From Octopus bimaculoides (taxonomy: Eukaryota): a stretch of DNA of 64,000 nt. Each line of letters begins with the position of its first letter. Position 1 is the stretch's first letter. Shown here piece after piece: positions 25,077-36,808 of the stretch. The notes beneath the pieces were generated by a model. The model was not told the origin of the DNA. It saw only the letters and a program-made list of their open reading frames with translations, and did no database searches. The stretch lies in contig NC_068998.1 in assembly GCF_001194135.2 (NCBI RefSeq), forward strand, positions 53,328,927 to 53,392,926, written 5' to 3'. The translations under genes were made by a program, and so were the position numbers.

Positions 25077-27477
25077 TCAGTGTGTCAACAGAAATCACAC
25101 GAAGCAATGTGGAATAAGATTTTAGTGTACCACTTTATTTAATTACAGTAACAAACTTGCGTTGCTACTGAATAAGAATTTCTTGTCTTGTAGAAAACGA
25201 ATTATTCAATAGTGTTTATGGTGTTTAAATTACTATTATAAAGGTCATCCGATCATGTGATTTTACACTGTAGATCTTTTATATTATTGGTTAAAAGATT
25301 CCTTATTTTTTTGGAACAGAGTCAAAGTGAGAACTGTCGATGCTTCTAGTTTGGCTTAAGAATATAGCAGAAATGCCGTTTATGCCTTTCCTACTAATAA
25401 GCCGTTTGTTAATTATATAGGATTGTTACTTATAATTATTATGGTGCGTATTGAAACATTGTATAAAGCTGAGAGACAGATTTGCTGTTTCTGCTCGAGA
25501 AGATACAATGTTGCTGAAAATAAAGAATTCTTGATAGTGCTAACAACTGTTATCGAAGCTAATTTCTTGTGGTAACTTTGCTTACAACTAACAGACCAAA
25601 TATCATAAGAATTCTAGGAGAAAATATTATCTTTAAGACGGTAAAAATTGTGATTTTAGAAAACATGGATTGCCTGGTATTTCTAACAGGCCTAATACGA
25701 CTGAGAATAGAATCCCTCATTAATAGAATGTTCCTTTTCTAATGCCTCATACAATCGACTCTGCCAGCTACTTCATTACGACGTCGAAACTGCTTTTACG
25801 AAAGTTGTTTAATAGGAATCTGCTGAATAATTGAACAGATGCCAAATAATGAAAATAGACATAAAATGAAAATAAAGGCTTGTTGCATATACTGTCGACA
25901 AAGTTTTAATGTTCAAAGACACAAAATATTTGTACTTGAATTCCAAATGAAGGAAAAAACTAGGAAAATGTTGATGCCAAGAACAAAAAGGTTAATATGT
26001 TTGGTTAAGTATGTTGACCTTATGTAACGAGAGAGAATGCCATTAGGAACATATCTTCACGATAAGAATGAAACAGAGTAACAATAAATTGGAAAACCGT
26101 CAGAGAGGAAAATATGTGAAAATTGGTTCTTTATATATATATATATATATATATNNNNNNNNNNNNNNNNNNNNNNNNNNNNNNNNNNNNNNNNNNNNNN
26201 NNNNNNNNNNNNNNNNNNNNATATCTGTACACCTTCATTTCGGCAAAAACACAATTTCTGTTGTTACTAAATTTGTTTATGTATTCATATATTTTGTGAC
26301 TTGGTTTCGAAGTACATACCTTGCACTACATACATAGTGCAAGGGAGAATATTCTGCAGCTCTGGAGAATTCTGTATGTTGAATGAAGAAAAAAACACAA
26401 ATTGGCAGCTTTTCATTGCAAATAGTTGAAAATATTCAAATTTACCGAGTACCCTACTTGTTATTAACGGTTAATCAAGATTCGTGCCATTTTTACGTTT
26501 GCTGTACATGTGTTGAATGATATACGCATGTTATGCCACGAAATGCAAGCCCACTAAACATGGAACATTCTTTAATTTACCTCTTTAATATGATTTCACT
26601 GCGCTGGCATCGACAGACTTTCTGGCTCTTTTCTAACTCCCTTCGAAATATTTACATTTCTATACAAGTCTCTAATGTTCTTGTATTTCTGTCTCTTTTA
26701 GAGCGCCAGGCAGATGTACACGAACTCTATGCGTTTAGCACAAGTTCATTACACTGAATAACATGCACTTTAAAATGTTGTTAATTATAATGTACTCAAC
26801 ATTTTTGAACATACATAAATTAATTTTTGAAAATAAATTATTTTGTATATCTAATCGCTCACCCAACAATCGCAATAATTTGTGACACCCAATAAGAAGC
26901 ACTCAATAACCACAAAATAAACAAATGTTTCTTTTTCTGATTAACGTTATTTATACCAGTCAGACGAATATTTTTTCAAGAGAGAATTTAAATTAATCAT
27001 CTTTAATTTAAATTACACCTTGATATTTGCTTATATTTCTCAAGGCTATTCATTGTTCTGTACCGTATTGAACCAGATTTTCACACTGTTGGTAATCTTT
27101 AGCAGCCTGTTATGAAGATGCTACCAATATTAGACGAATATTCATTCTATCTATAAATAATTTATTTCTCCTTAATCATTAAGTGACAAATTTGATTCAG
27201 AAAAACGCATAAATATGAATCTGCCTGATTCATGGTGTGATGAACTACTTTGAAAAAATATATCAGTAAAATAATATATTTCTTCACAGCACAAATTCTC
27301 AGAGTGACGCCAAGTTACACAGGTTATGATACTCGAAAACACAGTTCTTCACAATCTGTAGTTTTTCTCAAACATTAGAGTTTCTGTGAGAATTGAATAC
27401 CCTAATAACTATTTCAACAAACGCAGAAGTCATACATATACACGCACATACAAGCAGATGCGCGCACACACACACAC

Positions 27478-27521
<44 letters not shown>

Positions 27522-27536
27522 ATATATTCTGATTAT

Positions 27537-27790
27537 ATGTCTGTGCACACGTTTGAATGTGGTGTGTGCCAGAGGGTTTGCGAATCCAATGGGAGTCTTA
27601 AAAGACATGTTAGGATGCACAATGAGCAGAACTTACCTGCAGGTATTGGCAGTGCAAATCAGAGGTGCAATCTGTGTGGGTGTTTTTTCAAAACATTGTC
27701 TGGTTTAAAAAGCCATATCAGACGCCATGAAAAGGCTAAGGTGTAGGTGCAGGAGGTGGTCAAACTCTGTGTAAGGAGTAGACAACCACC
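27537..27790 (+). mobile_element. Probable LINE (RTE-like) 3' end encoding two C2H2 zinc fingers, with (AT)n tail
   Basis: Intact frame 27537-27746: FECGVCQRVCESNGSLKRHVRMH-NEQNLPAGIGSAN-QRCNLCGCFFKTLSGLKSHIRRH-EKAKV*. Both fingers are C-X2-C-X12-H-X3-H. There is no TGEKP linker and no AG acceptor upstream of the first finger, and a 44-nt 3' UTR leads to (AT)n. The fingers are certain; the retroelement origin is inferred. Confidence 0.6.
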
Positions 27791-27999
27791 ATATATATAT
27801 ATATANNNNNNNNNNNNNNNNNNNNNNNNNNNNNNNNNNNNNNNNNNNNNNNNNNNNNNNNNNNNNNNNNNNNNNNNNNNNNNNNNNNNNNNNNNNNNNN
27901 NNNNNNNNNNNNNNNNNNNNNNNNNNNNNNNNNNNNNNNNNNNNNNNNNNNNNNNNNNNNNNNNNNNNNNNNNNNNNNNNNNNNNNNNNNNNNNNNNNN

Positions 28000-28039
<40 letters not shown>

Positions 28040-28747
28040 CCGTACAGGATAGTGGCGTCACTAATGACCAGTTGTGACTAGAATGAATAAAATACCTTCC
28101 ATATATCAGTATATTAGATTCAGTCACACTTTTATTCACTTATTCTTTCATACCATTCAGACATTTATATCAATGCTAATACGTACATAGAAACAATAGC
28201 CACAACAGAATGCATGTAGTTTATTCGGAAAGTAACAAATAATGCTACCAAGAAATTGAATTCAAGAAGTGAGTCAGGGCTTTCCCAAGTGTAACGAAGA
28301 ATCCTATATAGATGGCGACGTCTAGAGGCATTACATTACTGCTGAACGACCGGAAATCTCTGAGCGTGGTGATGTGAAACTACTAGAATGTTAGAGTTGC
28401 ATGTAAGTCTATTTTAGTGCATTACTACTCACACATCACTGACTAAGAGTTGTACTATTCAAAAGATATACTCTAGATTTTATTAATAACCTCGGAAATA
28501 TGATTCTTAGAACAGCAATATTAAATTAATTGCTCTACGTCACAGCAAAGTGTTATATGCAAATGATTAACACGACCCAAATTCTTGATTAAATGTTAGA
28601 CCAGCCAGTTTGACTGTAGTGTCATATCTGTGTACTTGCGTGTGTGTGAATGAATGTGTGTGTGTGTGTGTGATCTCTAGCGAACTGATATGATATAGAA
28701 CGTTCTTAAATATCATTTTTTTAATCCTAGTACTGGTATGATATATA

Positions 28748-28996
28748 CTCTTTCTCTTTTTACTTATTTCAGCCATTTGACTGCGGCCATGCTGGAGCAC
28801 CACCTTTGGTCGAGCAAATCGACCTCAGGACTTATTCTTTGTAAGACTAGTACTTATTCTATCGGTCTCTTTTGCCGAACCCCCAATTTACGGTGATGTA
28901 AACATGCCAACATCGGTTGTCAAGTGATGCTGGTGGGGGACAAACACAGACACACAAACATATACGCAAACATGCATATATATATATATATATATA
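28748..28996 (-). mobile_element. SINE family B, well-preserved 3' half, running into (AT)n and an assembly gap
   Basis: TTTTACTTATTTCAGCCATTTGACTGCGGCCATGCTGGAGCACCACC..GTCGAGCAAATCGACCTCAGGACTTATTCTTTGTAAG..CTTATTCTATCGGTCTCTTTTGCCGAACC..CATCGGTTGTCAAG..GGGACAAACACAGACACAC has homologous copies elsewhere in the window. Confidence 0.85.
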
Positions 28997-29810
28997 NNNN
29001 NNNNNNNNNNNNNNNNNNNNNNNNNNNNNNNNNNNNNNNNNNNNNNNNNNNNNNNNNNNNNNNNNNNNNNNNNNNNNNNNNNNNNNNNNNNNNNNNNNNN
29101 NNNNNNNNNNNNNNNNNNNNNNNNNNNNNNNNNNNNNNNNNNNNNNNNNNNNNNNNNNNNNNNNNNNNNNNNNNNNNNNNNNNNNNNNNNNNNNNNNNNN
29201 NNNNNNNNNNNNNNNNNNNNNNNNNNNNNNNNNNNNNNNNNNNACAAAGTGACTAAAATATGTATTTTTGTGTAACTTCTAATTCCTGGGCGGGAAAACA
29301 ATTTGAGTGGTTGCGTTACACACAAATACACATACATTTAATATGTGTGTGCGTGTGTGTGTCAAGGCAGTGCCGCATCATCACCGCAGGCGAATGACTG
29401 CAGCAAATATAATAATAATATATATAAAAAATGTGCACACACCTGCTGTTAATATAAGAAGTCAGAACGTAGAAGGTTTTTTTTTTTTTTCAATTAACTC
29501 AAAATATATGTACCACCCCTCCGCTTATCAACATCCTTGTAAAGGTTTTGTAACACTCATATATTGGATCGTACTGACGAATAATTTTAGATGTAAACTA
29601 AGGTTGTCTATTCTGATTGATGATTTCAATTTAAATGGAACAGTGAAAACGAAAATTGAAGATGAAATTTCAATAAATGTGACGAAGTATTTGATAATTT
29701 ACAAAGTAATGTATTGCTTTACAAAACAACATTATCTCTTCGTGGTCCGAATTTATTTTATTTCCACGTTTTCGTTTTGTTCTAGATATATCGCTGTTGA
29801 TTTCAATGTC

Positions 29811-29904
29811 GGCGAGCAGGCAGAATATTTAGCACCTGCGGGCAAAATGCTTAGCGGCATTACATCTGTCTTTATGTTCTGAGTTCAAATTCCGCCGAGG
29901 TCGA
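29811..29904 (+). mobile_element. SINE family A, tRNA-like 5' head
   Basis: GGCGAGCAGGCAGAATATTTAGCACC..GGCAAAATGCTTAGCGG..GAGTTCAAATTCCGCCGAGGTCGA with a B-box-like GTTCAAATTC. Confidence 0.85.
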
Positions 29905-30274
29905 ATTATATTAAACGACTTTTACGTCGTTTTTGTAAAGATATTGTTGCCGCTTTTGATAAGTCTGCCGCAAGACATTACAGCAACTATGGATTTTGAA
30001 TTCAGAATTTTTTTTTTTTTTATGCGCTACATACCTCTGTATGTGATTCCAATGGTCATAATACATTTTCCCAAAAGGTATTGATAAAATCAACGAAAAA
30101 GAAGTGCTAAGTATTAGTAAAGAAAAAGAAGTGAAACTGGAAAATATCCAATAATTCCGACAAAATTATACGAATTATAAGCGACCAACTTATGTAGCGC
30201 TCAAAATAAAAAAGATAGAAAAATTCTCCATTAATATATTTGTTTTGCAGATGCCGTTTCTGATATTTCTTTAT

Positions 30275-30437
30275 AGGCGCACATATGGCTAAGTAGTAAG
30301 ACGTTTGCCTCTCAACCAGATAGTTTCTTACTCAGTCGCATTATGTGGAGGTTTCGGCAAGTGTTTTCCACTGTACCACTCCATCAACCAAAGCTCTTTG
30401 CGCGGATTTTGGTTGACAGAAACCGTGAGAAGCTAGT

Positions 30438-30480
<43 letters not shown>

Positions 30481-30693
30481 GGGGGGGTGTATGTGTGAGT
30501 GCGCGTGCGTATGTGTTCCCCTCCACCCCCGCATGATAATGTGTTCGTTTACCTCCCAAGTCTAGACACTTCAGCAACGATAGAATAAGTAGGAGGCTGT
30601 AGTGAATAAGTCCTGGGTTTGATGTGTTCCATTAAAACCCTTTAAAGCGTTGCCACATGGTGGAAATAGTCAAATAACTGAAACAACAGAAAG
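30275..30693 (+). mobile_element. SINE family B, full-length degraded copy with an internal (AT)n microsatellite
   Basis: Head AGGCGCACATATGGCTAAGTAGTAAG..GGCAAGTGTTTTCCACT..ACCAAAGC..GGATTTTGGTTGACAGAAAC, (AT)n at about 30440-30479, then GATAGAATAAGTA..AATAAGTCCTGGG..AGTCAAATAACTGAAACAA matching the reverse complement of 28748-28860. Confidence 0.7.
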
Positions 30694-32478
30694 GTGCACT
30701 AATTATTTATTTATTCACATTTGGAATTATTGTAATTGGAGATTTTAATGTTCGAAATATAATTACATATGCAATCATATAATTACGCTTAATTTATGCA
30801 ACAATTGATTTGAAGTCATCGTCCATTCGTCTCCCTCATGGTTCATCTTTTCATTATAAATTCCCTTACATCTTCATTTTGAAGTTTCTCCCACTATCGC
30901 CCTCTTTTCCTACCCTCTAGGCGCCGTTGACCTTCTGACACTAAGAAGAGATGGATATAAGGAAAGATATATAACAGACGATATATTTATAAATTTGAAA
31001 TGAATAAAGAGGAGGCAGATAATACGTAGGATGAAACAAAGATCTAAAAGTATAAGTTTAATTACCCCCGCATTAAGATGGTGCTACACACTTTCATTCC
31101 ATATACAATGAACGCACGTATGTACGTTTATACCTCTGGGAATACATTTTGATGTCGGTGTTGATCTCTTGACATACGCATAATTGTCTCTGTCTTCCTT
31201 TACCTTATTCTCCTCTTGTCCTTCTTTGCACACACACACACACATATATACNNNNNNNNNNNNNNNNNNNNNNNNNNNNNNNNNNNNNNNNNNNNNNNNN
31301 NNNNNNNNNNNNNNNNNNNNNNNNNNNNNNNNNNNNNNNNNNTATATATATATATATATATATATTATATATGTATATATCATATGTATATATCATATAT
31401 ATATGTGTGTGTAACCTCATGTAGTAGATATATATAAAGGGAACAAAATTCATTATTTCTGTGTGTAATAAAAATGAAAATGATGAATAACCTTAATTGG
31501 TTTTCGCACATAACTGAGTTCTCATCTGCAATGTCTGACATTAATGTGATTAAACCCAGAGAAACAAGCAGCCAATTTCTTTATTTACTCACCAAATTCA
31601 GCAGCTGAAGAAGATTGGAGCTACATATTTATATACTGTAAGTGTTGAAGGTTGTAGAGACACAAAGCATTGTACCGAACTCACGTTAAGCTCTTTCCCG
31701 ACCGTCCGGTTCTCCAGAAGATATTCCGAATTAACGTCATCAACGTATGAATGAACAGTTCAATTGATATCAGTTGAGGATAAGAATTGTGATGATGATG
31801 ATAATGACGATAATAATAATAGGGGAGCAAGTTAATAGTACTTAACTCGTAATTTATTCTTTTGATTTCCAAACGCAAAGCTGATGTCGGAGAGTTTAGA
31901 ATGAAAAATATAAAATGCAAGAAGAAATACTGCAACCTACGTTGCCGCCACTCTAATCATTCATCTATCTCACCAACCCTTATATGATACAATAATAACA
32001 TTAATAATGCTAATCAGTATTTCTACCACTGATCATTTGTAATTTTGATTATTCACCTGTTTTCATTTCTCTGTCCTTAAAAGACTTTCCCTCTTTCCGT
32101 GTCCTGCATAAAATTCTCTTCTCAGCCGTACAGTTCTCTCTAATTTCCTACAATCCCATCCTTATAACACTAAACAGATTCAGTTAACGCAGCCAACAAA
32201 TTTACGGTTCTATCAGATTACCAACACCTTAAACAGTGATTATAATCAGCAATATTTAAATGTTTAATTCACAAAGTCTTTCTCTCATTATGTATTTATT
32301 TAATTCATCTTCTGTCTATTCATTGAAACACTCGCTTATCTTCATTAGATGATGTTCACTATGATAAAATTAATTATCAATTAATTTCGGAACAAATCTT
32401 TAACCCATTTAACACTAGTATTTACTTCTCTAATGAGATATTCATATATATATGAACACACACACACACGCACACACA

Positions 32479-32518
<40 letters not shown>

Positions 32519-33278
32519 NNNNNNNNNNNNNNNNNNNNNNNNNNNNNNNNNNNNNNNNNNNNNNNNNNNNNNNNNNNNNNNNNNNNNNNNNNNNNNNNNN
32601 NNNNNNNNNNNNNNNNNNNNNNNNNNNNNNNNNNNNNNNNNNNNNNNNNNNNNNNNNNNNNNNNNNNNNNNNNNNNNNNNNNNNNNNNNNNNNNNNNNNN
32701 NNNNNNNNNNNNNNNNNNNNNNNNNNNNNNNNNNNNNNNNNNNNNNNNNNNNNNNNNNNNNNNNNNNNNNNNNNNNNNNNNNNNNNNNNNNNNNNNNNNN
32801 NNNNNNNNNNNNNNNNNNNNNNNNNNNNNNNNNNNNNNNNNNNNNNNNNNNNNNNNNNNNNNNNNNNNNNNNNNNNNNNNNNNNNNNNNNNNNNNNNNNN
32901 NNNNNNNNNNNNNNNNNNNNNNNNNNNNNNNNNNNNNNNNNNNNNNNNNNNNNNNNNNNNNNNNNNNNNNNNNNNNNNNNNNNNNNNNNNNNNNNNNNNN
33001 NNNNNNNNNNNNNNNNNNNNNNNNNNNNNNNNNNNNNNNNNNNNNNNNNNNNNNNNNNNNNNNNNNNNNNNNNNNNNNNNNNNNNNNNNNNNNNNNNNNN
33101 NNNNNNNNNNNNNNNNNNNNNNNNNNNNNNNNNNNNNNNNNNNNNNNNNNNNNNNNNNNNNNNNNNNNNNNNNNNNNNNNNNNNNNNNNNNNNNNNNNNN
33201 NNNNNNNNNNNNNNNNNNNNNNNNNNNNNNNNNNNNNNNNNNNNNNNNNNNNNNNNNNNNNNNNNNNNNNNNNNNNNN

Positions 33279-33335
<57 letters not shown>

Positions 33336-33389
33336 TTTGTATTTTTTAGACGTCAGTAGCAGTTTTCTTTTTTTCTTTTTTTTTTTGTG

Positions 33390-33595
33390 CAGTCTGGTAG
33401 GATCACTGAAACGTCAAAACATATTTTGTTCCCGCTCGCTACATTCTGAGTTCAATTCCAGTCGGAGTCGATCTTACCTCTCGCTTTTCCGGATTTTGAT
33501 GAAATAAAGTCCTGGCTTAGTGTTAAGGGTTATTGTATGGAGTAACGTCCTTCTCTCAAAATTTTGGGTCCTGACCCGTAATCATTAGCAATTAA
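33390..33595 (+). mobile_element. SINE family A, degraded
   Basis: ACATTCTGAGTTCAATTCCAGTCGGAGTCGATCTTACC..TTCTCTCAAAATTTTGGGTCCTG matches the family A B-box and body. Confidence 0.6.
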
Positions 33596-34053
33596 TAGTA
33601 CCATCTACTGAAGGTGCTGTAAAACCTTACTACCAGAACACATATTTTACGATGAGAAGTGAAATCTACTGATGACGACTTTAATTTTCATCCTCTCTCG
33701 GTGCATACCAAGTACTGACAGCACGATATCTATCATATTCCTCTAACAAAATATCTTATCTTGCGCTTATGCCTGAAACAGTTATTTGTAGCAGTTGTAT
33801 TAACGGTATATTTTTGCCGGTCTTGTTAGAGCGGTAGATAGAATTGTTTGTAATATTCAGTTAGGCATTTATGCATGCTCACCACGAAGCAAACCATAAC
33901 CCTGCCATCATATCCAACCACAAATATTGCCGTATGTGTTACGTATGAAAATAATACCCATAATAACTATTTTTTTTATATATACATAAATTATTATTAT
34001 TAGTTTCTCGAACGGGGAAGGATTTACAGAATACATAAGTATATAAGTATGTT

Positions 34054-34115
<62 letters not shown>

Positions 34116-35512
34116 CGTATACACACACATGTACACACACATAGACACACACACACATATACCTGTGATTATACAGCCAATAATGTAGAAATAATACTGA
34201 AAGGAATTGTCAAGGATACAGTAATCACTTCTATTGATGAATAGTTAAGAGAAAATGACTCCTAACCTGAGCAATGAATAGAAAATATATGGATTGATAA
34301 TTGGTCATATAATCCTCCACCTACTCTCACATACACAAAGATGCTCGGAATCAGGAATTGCAATCACGCAACCACAAATGTGTTCAGAAACACATAGGCG
34401 TATATGACGCATAAAAGCTCTACCGCGCGCACACACGTGTGAGAGTAGCTTTCGGTGATACACACATTACGAACCGTTCATTCATCTGCTGGGAAAATTT
34501 ATCTGGAATAATGAATCATGCCCAAACAATGGTAAGAACATGAAAATATGCAGAAGCAACGCATGATGAATGGAATTGGTCAACATATGGCTCAGCTTTT
34601 CGTTATTGCTTTGTGTATATCTATTGCTGATATTTTACATCTATTTCTCATTTAGTAGAAATAGTAGCAGAGATCTGAGGTTATCACTGAATCAGGTTTT
34701 CTCTTTTATATTCTTAAAATCCTTCTTCTTTTATCCTTCCCCACTTTCTTATACATCCACCTTTTTATCTTTCTTTCTGATTATTCTTATGAAACCATTT
34801 TTGTATTCCCATATCTTTCTTTTATAATTCCTATCATATAATCACTCCTTTTTATATTTCACATTGCTTTCTGCTTTCAAGTTTTCAATTTTATGTCATC
34901 GTCTTGTATGAATCCTACAACCAGTACTCAATATCTTTCTACATTACCAAAAATAAAATAAAAAATAGAAAGAAGGATTTGCAATATTCTCCTCCTTGCG
35001 TCTGCTTTGACCTACACGCCAATCGAGTTTACAGTATTATGTCTGTTTGATTTAATATATTTTTGCCAAATTATCTACATATGTTCTTATGGTACAACAC
35101 AAAGTAGCTTAATTTGAAATTATGAATCCATATACTGCCCTATATTACCTGTTAATTGACAATTGCAGGAGGCTAAGGTGTACGGTTTCTTCTTACTCAT
35201 TCCACACTTTGTTTCCACTCCGCACATCAACGATGTACTGTTATCCTGTTCATTGCACTCAATATTGAATAAGACCTTTTACAAAGCCTTGTACTTCAGG
35301 CTGTTCAACTTATTAAATTTATATTTACTGCTTATTAAACGTGAATATAGATAAACATATTTTCTCTTACAACTAAAATAATGCAATAATTGTCTTCATA
35401 TATCTAATGTGTTTGGCTCGCTATGAAATAAATGCAACAAAAGATTGTGTTAGAATTTGGAAATTGTTGCTAGTGCATTCTGCTTGTGAGTATTAATTTC
35501 TCTTTTACACAG

Positions 35513-35567
35513 CCATGGCTAAGTCTTGCGAGGATATTAAAACTATCAAAGAAGCTGTAGATACTAA
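35513..35567 (+). CDS. Candidate internal exon (xMAKSCEDIKTIKEAVDTx)
   Basis: Strong acceptor TTAATTTCTCTTTTACACAG ends at 35512 and donor GTATGT starts at 35568; 55 nt, phase 1 to 2. The peptide has an SC.(D/E)IK motif. The host gene is not identified. Confidence 0.3.
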
Positions 35568-35899
35568 GTATGTGTTTGTAGGTCATACGAAGCTATATTT
35601 GCTGCGAAAGAGAAAGCCAGGAAGTGTGTGGTGTTGTACTGTTAATATTTACTGTATCCTAACTGCGGTATGTCAGATGTGTCTAAAATGTGCGCTACGG
35701 TTACATTTCTCAAACTTTTAATCAGAATCTCGAGTGTGGCGTGAGAGATGCATTTCGTACTTAAACACAACAAAATACTTTTCCTCAAAAAACACAGCAA
35801 ACATGTTATCAACATGGTATACGCTTTAACTGAACTGTTCTATCATCATTTGACATGAAATAAATTTATTCTTTTTGCTACTACTTACGTAATATGAAC

Positions 35900-36117
35900 A
35901 GATATTCTCAGTCTAAGAAGCCAAGGATAACAAAGAAAAGGCACCCGAGGGAACCTGGAGAAAATTGCCAGAGGAATTGAAGGTGACAGGGAAGGGTGGA
36001 GGAAAATGGGTAATAAGGCAGAGTAGTAATACTTTCGAAACACTTCGGTCTGGAGACTATAACCGACGTGGAAGCAAAATAGACCGTTGATGATGGTGAT
36101 GATGATGATGATGATGT
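35900..36117 (+). mobile_element. LINE-like 3' end with (GAT)n tail
   Basis: Frameshifted GTWRKL/ARGIEGDREGWRKM resembles the RTE-type ending (A.DR..WR..V), followed by GATGATGGTGATGATGATGATGATGATG. Confidence 0.4.
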
Positions 36118-36474
36118 AATATCGAAACCAACCTATAGATATCATTCAAGTTTTTTTTTTTTTTTTAAAAGCAGAAATAAAATGATAACGTCTCTGATGA
36201 GCTGAAGTTATCGATCCTGGATATGTGTTATAATGCATGCAGATACTGAAGCATCATGGAAACTGAAACAACATCCATGGAAACGTGCTTTTCCTTTTAG
36301 AGGGACAAGAGTGTCAATAACTTGTCAATTCCGACATGATATTTACTCACCCCAATGCATAAATATACTGCAGCATGGACTGCATTACATACACGGCAAT
36401 TTAAGACAATAGTAGTTATTTCAGTTCAAAGTTGTTTGGAAACCACTCAATAACTTGTTTTATGCTCATTTAAG

Positions 36475-36808
36475 CGAAGGATGAAAGTCGACTTCGGTGG
36501 TCAGAATGTAAAGACGAATGAAATATAGCTAAGCTTTTTTCCCGGTGTACTATCGATTTTGCCAGCTCTCCAACTTAATGCTCAAACTAATATTTTTTTT
36601 GAAATTTCGGTATAGGACTAGTAATTTTAGTGGAAAGGTAAGTCGATTACATCAATCGCAGCGCTTGACCAATACTTATTTTATCNNNNNNNNNNNNNNN
36701 NNNNNNNNNNNNNNNNNNNNNNNNNNNNNNNNNNNNNNNNNNNNNNNNNNNNNNNNNNNGTGCTAGGCATTTTGCGGAGCGTGCTCCCTATTCTGACATC
36801 TCACCGTC
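36475..36808 (-). mobile_element. Two adjacent SINE family A copies (36475-36571 and 36605-36808, the second interrupted by an N-gap)
   Basis: CGAAGGATGAAAGTCGACTTCGG..CAGAATGTAAAGACGAATGAAAT..GATTTTGCCAGCTCTCC; and GTCGATTACATCAATCGCAGCGCTTGACCAATACTTATTTTATC[N]GTGCTAGGCATTTTGC. Confidence 0.7.

Noticed and set aside
27393-27746. Annotating the 117-aa ORF as a bona fide zinc-finger gene
   Set aside because: The N-terminal part is microsatellite translation, and the finger module lacks an acceptor and TGEKP linkers and ends in a short UTR plus (AT)n. It is treated as a probable LINE tail.
29307-29882. Longest gap-free ORF (191 aa)
   Set aside because: It starts in a microsatellite, runs through low-complexity AT-rich DNA and ends inside a SINE; no domain is recognisable.
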